Below, piece by piece: positions 28,005-34,489 of a stretch of 34,489 nt of DNA (within the stretch, counting starts at the first letter, position 1; each line of letters begins with the position of its first letter). Position numbers and translations under genes: made by a program. The notes beneath the pieces were generated by a model. That model saw only the letters and a program-made list of their open reading frames with translations. It searched no databases and was not told where the DNA came from. Origin of the DNA: Bacteroidota bacterium (GTDB taxonomy: Bacteria > Bacteroidota > Ignavibacteria > UBA10030 > JAZGDE01); the NCBI GenBank assembly GCA_046758305.1, contig JBHHZW010000002.1, positions 1 through 34,489 on the forward strand, given 5' to 3'.

Positions 28005-28265
28005 GGACAGGATGCTAGTCAGTTCGCGAGCAACGTACCTTACTTATAAGTAAGAGGCCGGCGTGCTTCCTTAAACTTAGCACAAAGGTTTGCGAAGACG
28101 AAGTGGCTAATTTTGCTTAGATAAAGGGTTCGCAACCATTGCGTTCGCTTTGGTAATACTGAGGATTGCGATGCGCGATTTGGATCTCCTATTGACCTAT
28201 TCAAGGCGGGATTGACGCTTGGAGGCTTAGTAATAAGAGCTGGATAATTCTGAGCGCCCGCTTTT

Positions 28266-30071
28266 TCACCTCCGCATCCGCTTGCTCATCTTCGACAGCT
28301 GTAACTGCTTCTCCATTCGATTGAACAAGCCACCGGATTTTTTCTTCGGCACCACTTTCTGCAGCGGCTCCCCTTTGTGCTGCTTGGTCAACCACATCTG
28401 CTGTGCAATTGAAAGAAGATTGAACATAAAATAGTAAAGGTTCAGACCCGACGGGAAATTGTTAAACAACAAGGTCAAAAACACCGGCATCATCCAGACC
28501 ATCATCTTCTGCTTTGGGTCTTTCATCGTCATTTTTTGCTGGATGAACATCGTGGCACCCATCAGGAACGCGAGCCCACTGATGTGTGAACCAAGGAGAG
28601 GAATGCTGACGCCAAGTTGAGCGATAACGTCCGGAACAGAAAGGTCCGTAATCCACAACAAGAACTCGGCCTGTCGAAGCTCAATGGTGGAGCGGAATAC
28701 CGACCAGAGTGCATACAGGATTGGCATCTGGAGTATGATTGGTAAGCACCCGCCAGCGGGGTTGACGCCGTAATCCTTGTACAGCCTCATCATGGCTTCG
28801 TTCATCTTCTGCGGGTTGTCCTTGTACTTCTGCCGGATCTCGGTCATCATCGGCTGGAGCGACTGCATTTTCTGCATCGAGCGCATACTCGTCCGCGTCA
28901 GAGGGTACAGAAGCACTTTGATGACGATCGAGAAAACGATGATGACTAGCCCGTAGTTCGGGATGAACGAATGCAGGAAGGTGAACAGCGGAATGATAAA
29001 GTAAACGGAAATCGGCCGGATCCAGACCCAGCCCAGGCTCATGATCCGGTCAAGCTCAACACCGTAACTCTTGACAATACCAAGCTGCAGTGGTCCTAGG
29101 AAGACCGTCAGCCGCGAGTGCCAGTCTTCCCTCCCCTTGAACGGCATTTTGAGCGCAACCGTATAATTCTCCTTGACTCCACCGTCGGGCAAAGGTGTTC
29201 TCCTACCTGCAAGGTACGCCCCGGAGCCTTTCCGTCCCTGCGGAATGAGTGCTACTGCGAAGTACTTGTTACGGGCAGCCACCCAGTCGGTTGCACCGGT
29301 GTAATCCGACTTCACCTCCTCCCCGATATCTGCTGCGTCCAGCTCCTCTAACTCACGACCGATGTACGCGAAGGCAGCCGCATACTCGGCCTCATCCACA
29401 CTTCTGGACTCCGTGAGTCGAAGTCCTCCTGACCACACCACCTGGTACTCAAAATTCGAGATGATCTGCTCCATACCGACGAACTTTGTCTCCACGTCGA
29501 ACGAATACAACCCGTTCTTAAAGATGAAGATTTTCTCGATCCAGCTTCCCTGCGCTACAGGCAGGATAAGCTTGATTGCCGTCGAATCTTCCCCTCGTAG
29601 TCTCACTGAGGACCACGTTGCAACTTCCAGTGTATAGTAGAAGTTCCTCGTGTCGACGATCTTACCGTCGGACGTCGTAAACAAATAGCTGAGGTCACCG
29701 CCCCGTACTTCGTCCACAAGCTGAACGTCGTGTCCGTCCCACGCCTTGTATTCTTTCAACTCGAATATCCTGATCACTCCTCCCTTCGTCGTAACTTCAG
29801 CAACGTACAGGTCAGTCTCGATCCGAACAATCTTCTCCTCACCCATCACGAGGTGACCGAACCATCGACCGAGTGTATCGAGCTGTCTGGGAGTCTCAAT
29901 CTCTCTCCTCGGCACTGGTGTCCCCGCTAGTCTCGTTGTGTCCGGCGGCGAGACAACTACCGTATCGGGCCGCGTCGTAGAAGGAGGGGGAGGCTCCGGA
30001 GCGTTGAGGAACATCCAGAGTATTAGTACGACTGCGATCAAAACAAACCCGATCGTTTCATGCCTACCCAT
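28266..30071 (-). CDS. yidC: Membrane protein insertase YidC (long form with large periplasmic domain)
   Basis: 601 aa. C-terminal 60-kDa-IMP core (GCLPILLQMPILYALW..., basic tail). GGAGG 4 nt upstream. Sits downstream of yidD/rnpA. Confidence 0.95.
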   Translation of the reverse strand: MGRHETIGFVLIAVVLILWMFLNAPEPPPPSTTRPDTVVVSPPDTTRLAGTPVPRREIETPRQLDTLGRWFGHLVMGEEKIVRIETDLYVAEVTTKGGVIRIFELKEYKAWDGHDVQLVDEVRGGDLSYLFTTSDGKIVDTRNFYYTLEVATWSSVRLRGEDSTAIKLILPVAQGSWIEKIFIFKNGLYSFDVETKFVGMEQIISNFEYQVVWSGGLRLTESRSVDEAEYAAAFAYIGRELEELDAADIGEEVKSDYTGATDWVAARNKYFAVALIPQGRKGSGAYLAGRRTPLPDGGVKENYTVALKMPFKGREDWHSRLTVFLGPLQLGIVKSYGVELDRIMSLGWVWIRPISVYFIIPLFTFLHSFIPNYGLVIIVFSIVIKVLLYPLTRTSMRSMQKMQSLQPMMTEIRQKYKDNPQKMNEAMMRLYKDYGVNPAGGCLPIILQMPILYALWSVFRSTIELRQAEFLLWITDLSVPDVIAQLGVSIPLLGSHISGLAFLMGATMFIQQKMTMKDPKQKMMVWMMPVFLTLLFNNFPSGLNLYYFMFNLLSIAQQMWLTKQHKGEPLQKVVPKKKSGGLFNRMEKQLQLSKMSKRMRR

Positions 30072-30093
30072 TAGACCTCCATTGTATCAACGC

Positions 30094-30306
30094 TCACGGC
30101 ACGGGATCGAATCCACCTGGATGAAAAGGATGGCAACGACCGACTCGTTTTGCCGTCAGCCACATCCCCAGCAGGAAACCGCGCTTTGAGAACGCTTCCA
30201 ACGAGTAGGATGAGCACGTGGGGTAGAACCGACAGCTATTTGGAGGAAGGAGCAGCGAGAGAAAACGTTGATAGAATTTGATGAAAGAGATGGCAACAGT
30301 AGTCAT
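30094..30306 (-). CDS. yidD: Membrane protein insertion efficiency factor
   Basis: The 70-aa ORF contains YQ-x-x-(I/L)S...CRF-x-PTCS-x-Y-x-x-EA...G...RCHP-x-x-x-GG-x-DPVP. ATGA overlap with the rnpA stop. Confidence 0.9.
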   Translation of the reverse strand: MTTVAISFIKFYQRFLSLLLPPNSCRFYPTCSSYSLEAFSKRGFLLGMWLTAKRVGRCHPFHPGGFDPVP

Positions 30307-30770
30307 ACGAATCCCGCTCCGTCCAAGCCGCGCTCGAGTCGATCGACGATGCGCAGAAAATCCTTTTCGATGAGTTCGTATGGAACTTTCTTCGGGTCGG
30401 CGTCGCTGTTTCCCCTGTACAACAGCACGAGCTCGAGTCGCTGAGACTTCCGTATCGCGAGCTGATGGAGCCGCTCCCTGTGCATACGATAGACTTCCCG
30501 CATTATCCGCTTGAGTCGATTTCGCACAGTCGATCTTCGGATTTTCCGGCTGACTGTGAACCCGACCTTCACGATGTCTCGCCCCGGGTCTTCTCCATAG
30601 CCCGAAGCCGAAACGAAGCAGCGCAGAAGCTCCCCGAGGAGCGATCTCCCCCCCGTTATTACGCGGTTAAATTGTTTGTGCCCGCGAAGGATTTCATGCT
30701 TCTTGAGACTCCTTCGAGTGCCGTGCGACTTGACAACCTCCGCCGAAATAGGGATCGTTCCCCGGTTCAT
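30303..30770 (-). CDS. rnpA: Ribonuclease P protein component
   Basis: RnpA-like [16 protein letters not shown]...[25 protein letters not shown] prefer the ATG at 30770, whose A is shared with the rpmH stop (TAATG). The 270-aa ORF-track version runs through rpmH in another frame. Confidence 0.85.
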   Translation of the reverse strand: MNRGTIPISAEVVKSHGTRRSLKKHEILRGHKQFNRVITGGRSLLGELLRCFVSASGYGEDPGRDIVKVGFTVSRKIRRSTVRNRLKRIMREVYRMHRERLHQLAIRKSQRLELVLLYRGNSDADPKKVPYELIEKDFLRIVDRLERGLDGAGFV

Positions 30771-30916
30771 TATCGCTCGTCGCTGGTCGTTAACTTCCAA
30801 CGACCCTTCGCTCTGCGTTGCGCGACCACTCTCCGGCCGCTCTTCGATTTCATGCGCGCACGAAAGCCATGTGTATTTTTTCGCTTCCGGATGCTCGGTT
30901 GAAACGTCCGCTTCAT
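30770..30916 (-). CDS. rpmH: 50S ribosomal protein L34
   Basis: [43 protein letters not shown] is the near-universal L34 sequence. The start is the ATG at 30916. Confidence 0.95.
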   Translation of the reverse strand: MKRTFQPSIRKRKNTHGFRARMKSKSGRRVVAQRRAKGRWKLTTSDER

Positions 30917-31061
30917 CTCTGATATCCATGTCCTGGTGAATATTCGCCTCACGAAAAAAAAGAGGTTTGCTCTGGCAGCAATCCTCTTGGCGAACGACTT
31001 TCAACATATAAAAAATGTGCCACAAATACAACCCAACCCGAAAAAAACAAAAATTTTTCCC

Positions 31062-31090
31062 TTGCCTACACATCAGAAACTTTGTATAAT
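31062..31090 (+). promoter_or_regulatory. Candidate sigma70-type promoter facing dnaA
   Basis: TTGCCT (31062-31067), 17-nt spacer, TATAAT (31085-31090), about 320 nt upstream of the dnaA ATG. Confidence 0.45.
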
Positions 31091-31202
31091 CTCTACGGAT
31101 TAGACGACAAATCATCTGTTGATAGAATGTTAGTTACTTTTTCGGCCTTGTTCAAGGTGCAGTCTTGACGTACCGCTCGGCCTTCACCCGCCGTCAGTAT
31201 CT

Positions 31203-31211
31203 TGTGGATAA
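31203..31211. promoter_or_regulatory. Consensus DnaA box
   Basis: TGTGGATAA is a perfect match to the reverse complement of TTATCCACA. It is the only perfect box I found in either spacer. A one-mismatch box TGTGAATAA lies at 31346-31354. Confidence 0.6.
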
Positions 31212-31408
31212 CCGCCCAACCTCCTCCCATAACCCTAGATTGTTTAAGAGCTTACAGGTAATTGGCTCTCGTGAACAGGGGGTGTCCAGGTTATCAGTTC
31301 CGAGTGCGCCCGAGAGTGTCCGAGGGAGGGTAATCGCGCTGCCCGTGTGAATAAGTTGTTTACAGGTGTGAGGACTGTTTGTTCACGTTTTTCATCTGAG
31401 AGAAAAGC

Positions 31409-32884
31409 ATGAAACTAGAAGAGAATACCGCAGTGGATACGGGGGGAAAGGCGGAGCAATTCAATGAAAATCAGGTCAAGCAGGTATGGTCACGATGTCT
31501 AGCAATTATCAAGGACAACATCAACCAGCAAAGTTTCAAGACTTGGTTTGAACCGACCGTTCCACTGAAACTGGAGGATAATAAGCTCACGATTCGAGTA
31601 CCAAGTCAATTTTTCTACGAATGGCTGGAGGAGCACTATTACTCCCTCATTAACAGGACACTTGCTGAGGTCATCGGCGAAAACGCCCGACTCGTGTACT
31701 CCGTTGTGGTAGAGGATGGCCCGGACGAAGTTACGAGACACGCGATCACGATTCCATCTGCCAAACAGGTACTCGGTCCACCGCCGACATATCATAAGGA
31801 TTCCCTCCCGCCAGCAACTTCACCAACATCTGCAGTGCTCGCCGGGAGAGCGACCGGGAGTTTCCTGAACGCCCGCTACACCTTTGAGAACTTCATCAAA
31901 GGAGACAGTAATCAGCTCGCGCGCGCTGCTGCGGTTGCAGTCGCCAATAACCCAGGTGGAACATCCTTTAACCCGCTCGTGATCTACGGCGGCGTCGGAC
32001 TCGGCAAAACTCACCTGATCCAGGCCATCGGGAGCCATGCTCTGAACCATCAACGCGCGGACAAGGTTTTCTACGTCTCCAGCGAAAAATTTACCATCGA
32101 ATTCGTCGACGCAATCCAGAGCGACCGCATCAGCGAGTTCTCCAGTTTTTACCGTAGTATCCACTTGCTGATCGTCGACGACATTCAGTTCTTCGCCGGC
32201 AAGGAAAAAACACAGGAGATTTTCTTCCATACGTTCAACACTCTCCATCAATTCGGGAAGCAGATCGTCCTCTCGTGTGATCGCTCGCCAAAGGAGCTGA
32301 AAGGCCTCGATGAGCGTCTCGTTTCCCGATTCCAGTGGGGCTTGACCGCTGATATTCAGCCTCCTGAACTCGAGACCCGGATCGCCATCCTCCGGAAGAA
32401 AGCCGAGGATGACGGCGTTGAATTGCCGCAAGACGTCATCGAATTTATCGCAACGCACGTAACTTCCAACATTCGTGAACTGGAGGGCTGCCTGATCGGC
32501 TTGCTGGCGCACGCGTCGCTCAAGAACGAAGAGATCACCCTCGACCTTGCGCGTCACGTCGTGAAGACCGTTGTTGGAGACATCCGCGCCCATGTGACAA
32601 TCGAAGATATTCAGCGCACCGTCTCCGAATATTTCGGCATGCCCGAAGATCTCATTCGCGCAAAAACCAGGAAACAAGAAGTCGTAATCGCGCGACAGAT
32701 CGCCATGTACATCGCAAAAGAACTGACAAACTCTTCCTTGAAAACGATTGGCCTCCATTTTGGGGGACGCGACCATAGTACGGTCATCCATGCATACCAG
32801 TCCGTTGAAGATCTCATGAAAACGGACGAACGTTATGGTCGTACCGTCCAGGACATCAAAAAACGGTTGCAGCTCTACCAGTAA
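31409..32884 (+). CDS. dnaA: Chromosomal replication initiator protein DnaA
   Basis: 491 aa with Walker A GGVGLGKTHL, Walker B LLIVDDIQF and the C-terminal DNA-binding helix region (IARQIAMYIAKELT...SLKTIG..FGGRDHSTVIHA). Confidence 0.97.
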   Translation: MKLEENTAVDTGGKAEQFNENQVKQVWSRCLAIIKDNINQQSFKTWFEPTVPLKLEDNKLTIRVPSQFFYEWLEEHYYSLINRTLAEVIGENARLVYSVVVEDGPDEVTRHAITIPSAKQVLGPPPTYHKDSLPPATSPTSAVLAGRATGSFLNARYTFENFIKGDSNQLARAAAVAVANNPGGTSFNPLVIYGGVGLGKTHLIQAIGSHALNHQRADKVFYVSSEKFTIEFVDAIQSDRISEFSSFYRSIHLLIVDDIQFFAGKEKTQEIFFHTFNTLHQFGKQIVLSCDRSPKELKGLDERLVSRFQWGLTADIQPPELETRIAILRKKAEDDGVELPQDVIEFIATHVTSNIRELEGCLIGLLAHASLKNEEITLDLARHVVKTVVGDIRAHVTIEDIQRTVSEYFGMPEDLIRAKTRKQEVVIARQIAMYIAKELTNSSLKTIGLHFGGRDHSTVIHAYQSVEDLMKTDERYGRTVQDIKKRLQLYQ

Positions 32885-32912
32885 CCCGCTTGCGCTCATC
32901 CATTTCCAGGCC

Positions 32913-32946
32913 AAGCCCATCCTTCTGAGGTTGGGCTTTGCTTTTT
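32913..32946 (+). terminator. Rho-independent terminator of dnaA
   Basis: AAGCCCA (32913-32919) pairs with TGGGCTT (32932-32938), followed by TGCTTTTT. Confidence 0.6.
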
Positions 32947-33452
32947 CCCCCAGAATAGTGTTGATGCGGTGTCAATAGGATCCGCAGAAAGTGTTTACAA
33001 CTTGATTTCACAATCCTCTCGTATCGGAATCACAATCCGGATGTGGGAAAGTAACAGCATTATCCAGACTCTTTGACTATATGAGGAACAGAAATTTTCC
33101 ACCATTCCGGTCAAATCCGCGAATGTTAGACAGTTATTAACATACTCACAGGTCTAATAGTAGTAGTAATTTTTTTCCTCTTACTAAGGTTTATACAAGC
33201 AATCAACTGGTTTGGTTCAAAACCCGGAGGCACAATATTGCTCTCAAAGAATACAAGTGCTCTTGGCTTGCTGTGCGTTAGCAAACGGCTGCGAGGAGGC
33301 AAATGTGATTGGTGAATAAGATGTTTGGAGAGTCAAAAGCTCTGCGAGAATAGAAACTGAATACGTGTGAAAAACAACATTCAGTCCAGACTGGATAATA
33401 AATGTGGTCTGGGGTGATGGGAGGCTAAAGATGAAGTGGCAGGAGGGATAAC
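32947..33452. other. Candidate oriC core (dnaA-dnaN spacer)
   Basis: The spacer is long, with no ORF-track entry. An AT-rich tract at 33151-33200 has 15 G/C in 50 nt, including (TAG)3 and T7. One one-mismatch DnaA box TTATCCAGA lies at 33060-33068. Two-mismatch boxes lie at 33042-33050, 33095-33103, 33311-33319 and 33390-33398. TCACAATCC is repeated at 33008-33016 and 33030-33038. Confidence 0.5.
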
Positions 33453-33563
33453 ATGTTGGAAAATATTGGAGTTAGCAAGTTTCGGCGCTTGAATTTGGGG
33501 GATGAAATTCGTAAATTTCAAGGTTGGATTTTTCAAACTGGCCAGACAGGAGGTAACGGATGA
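33453..33563 (+). CDS. 36-codon upstream ORF overlapping the dnaN start (hypothetical; may be non-functional)
   Basis: AGGAGGG (33441-33447), 5-nt spacer, ATG at 33453. It encodes MLENIGVSKFRRLNLGDEIRKFQGWIFQTGQTGGNG*. The stop TGA (33561-33563) overlaps the dnaN ATG (33560-33562) as ATGA. Confidence 0.2.
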   Translation: MLENIGVSKFRRLNLGDEIRKFQGWIFQTGQTGGNG

Positions 33564-34489
33564 AATTCACCGTTTCGAGCACTGAACTTCAAAAAGCACT
33601 CTCCAAAACAAGCGGAGTAGTTCCATCGAAATCAACACTCCCTATCCTAGAAAATCTCCTGCTCGAGCTTGAAGGCGACGAGTTGAAAATTACTGCGACA
33701 GATCTCGAGCTTTCACTGTCGGTCACGACCAAACTCAAGGGTATCGAAGACGGCAAGATTGCAGTGCCGGCGCGTCGGGTGCTCGAGACAGTACGTGCAC
33801 TCCCGGAGACGCAGGTGACGCTGAGTGCAGATCCTTCAAACAAAGTCACGATCGTGACGGAGACCGGTGAGTATCGACTGACTGGCGAATCGAGCGAGGA
33901 GTTCCCGAGCGTACCTCAGATTAAAGGGGACGAACAGATCACGTTGCCGGCAGAGATACTGCGCCGAATGATCAGCAAAACACTGTTTGCGGTGAGTACG
34001 GATGAGCTTCGGCCGGCAATGATGGGAGTGTTGTTTCAGATGAAGAGGGACGAGCTGTGTGCTGTCTCGACAGACGGGCATCGCTTGGTGAAGCTAAGCC
34101 AGCGGAAGAGTCCCCTGAAAAAGGGGGAGAAAGACATCGTGATACCGGGAAAGGCGCTCAGCATCATTGCGAAATCGTCGGATGAATCGGCATACACCGT
34201 TTTCCTCGATGATTCCCATGTAATGTTTCGGTTCGGGAACACGACCCTCATCTCGCGCTTAATCGAGGAGAAGTACCCTAACTACGAGAGCGTGATTCCA
34301 AAGGACAACGACAAGCGAATGGTGATCAACAGGAACGACATGCTGGCATCGGTTCGGCGGGTCTCACTGTATTCGAGTCTCACCACACACCAGGTTCGAC
34401 TCTCGTTGAAGAAAAACGAGCTGAAGCTTTCCGCTGAGGATATCGACTTCGGCGGACTTCAAGATGCGTATGTCGTCGTAGGCTTCCTG
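33560..34489 (+). CDS. dnaN: DNA polymerase III beta sliding clamp, 3'-truncated by the window edge (absent from the ORF track because no stop is reached)
   Basis: AGGAGG 6 nt upstream. Hand translation MKFTVSSTELQKALSKTSGVVPSKSTLPILENLLLELEGDELKITATDLELSL...STDGHRLV...EEKYPNYESVIP is canonical DnaN. The frame stays open for 310 codons to position 34489. Confidence 0.93.
   Translation, partial: MKFTVSSTELQKALSKTSGVVPSKSTLPILENLLLELEGDELKITATDLELSLSVTTKLKGIEDGKIAVPARRVLETVRALPETQVTLSADPSNKVTIVTETGEYRLTGESSEEFPSVPQIKGDEQITLPAEILRRMISKTLFAVSTDELRPAMMGVLFQMKRDELCAVSTDGHRLVKLSQRKSPLKKGEKDIVIPGKALSIIAKSSDESAYTVFLDDSHVMFRFGNTTLISRLIEEKYPNYESVIPKDNDKRMVINRNDMLASVRRVSLYSSLTTHQVRLSLKKNELKLSAEDIDFGGLQDAYVVVGFL

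Noticed and set aside
30771-31115. N-terminal 115-aa extension of the rnpA ORF in the ORF track
   Set aside because: It runs across rpmH in another frame and into the AT-rich promoter region. RnpA homology begins only at the ATG at 30770.
31820-32920. 366-aa minus-strand ORF
   Set aside because: It is antisense to dnaA, whose identity is unambiguous. It is a shadow frame of a G+C-balanced gene.
33205-33225. tRNA T-arm-like GGTTCAAAACC in the dnaA-dnaN spacer
   Set aside because: The flanking sequence does not form a 5-bp T stem, acceptor stem or anticodon arm. I found no tRNA gene anywhere in the window.
1-34489. Search for CRISPR arrays, long tandem repeats, toxin-antitoxin pairs, restriction-modification or other known defence modules
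   Set aside because: I saw no repeat-spacer periodicity and no nuclease, helicase, methylase or ATPase gene combinations typical of defence systems. The AbrB-like protein is paired with arsM, not with a toxin.

Overview
This window looks like the replication-origin neighbourhood of a bacterial chromosome. The right third holds the conserved origin set. rpmH-rnpA-yidD-yidC lie on the minus strand, dnaA and a 3'-truncated dnaN on the plus strand, and mnmE-mnmG-rsmG-murQ further left on the minus strand. The DnaA N-terminus and the long YidC suggest an FCB-group (Chlorobi/Ignavibacteria-like) organism, but that is only a guess. The rest is mostly ordinary housekeeping and catabolic coding sequence, notably rich in peptidases: an exported M16 pair, an M3-like gluzincin, an alpha/beta hydrolase, an M29-like protein and an exported M24. 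I found no rRNA, tRNA, CRISPR array or recognisable defence system. Six things stand out. (1) The best candidate for something undescribed is an AT-richer cassette. A 91-aa SpoVT/AbrB-fold protein with two vicinal Cys-Cys pairs sits upstream of arsenite methyltransferase arsM, behind a sigma70-type promoter with a perfect 16-bp palindrome. It may be a non-ArsR-type metalloid sensor. (2) A densely self-complementary GC-rich element of about 170 nt lies between adh and pcm and may be a structured RNA. (3) A membrane-anchored Pcm is translationally coupled to an 800-aa polytopic protein with an embedded spermidine-synthase-like domain. (4) An apparently leaderless arsR has a start codon centred in a perfect 16-bp palindrome. 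It heads a head-on accessory block that splits the usual yidC-mnmE linkage. (5) A 1297-bp IS256-family element has imperfect inverted repeats, an intact 9-bp target duplication and a transposase split by a +1 frame change. (6) The dnaA-dnaN spacer has few consensus DnaA boxes and carries a Shine-Dalgarno-preceded 36-codon ORF coupled by ATGA to dnaN. Two real genes are missing from the supplied ORF track: a 55-aa FmdB-type zinc-ribbon gene and dnaN, which is open at the window edge. All homology calls come from motif recognition by eye; no searches were run.
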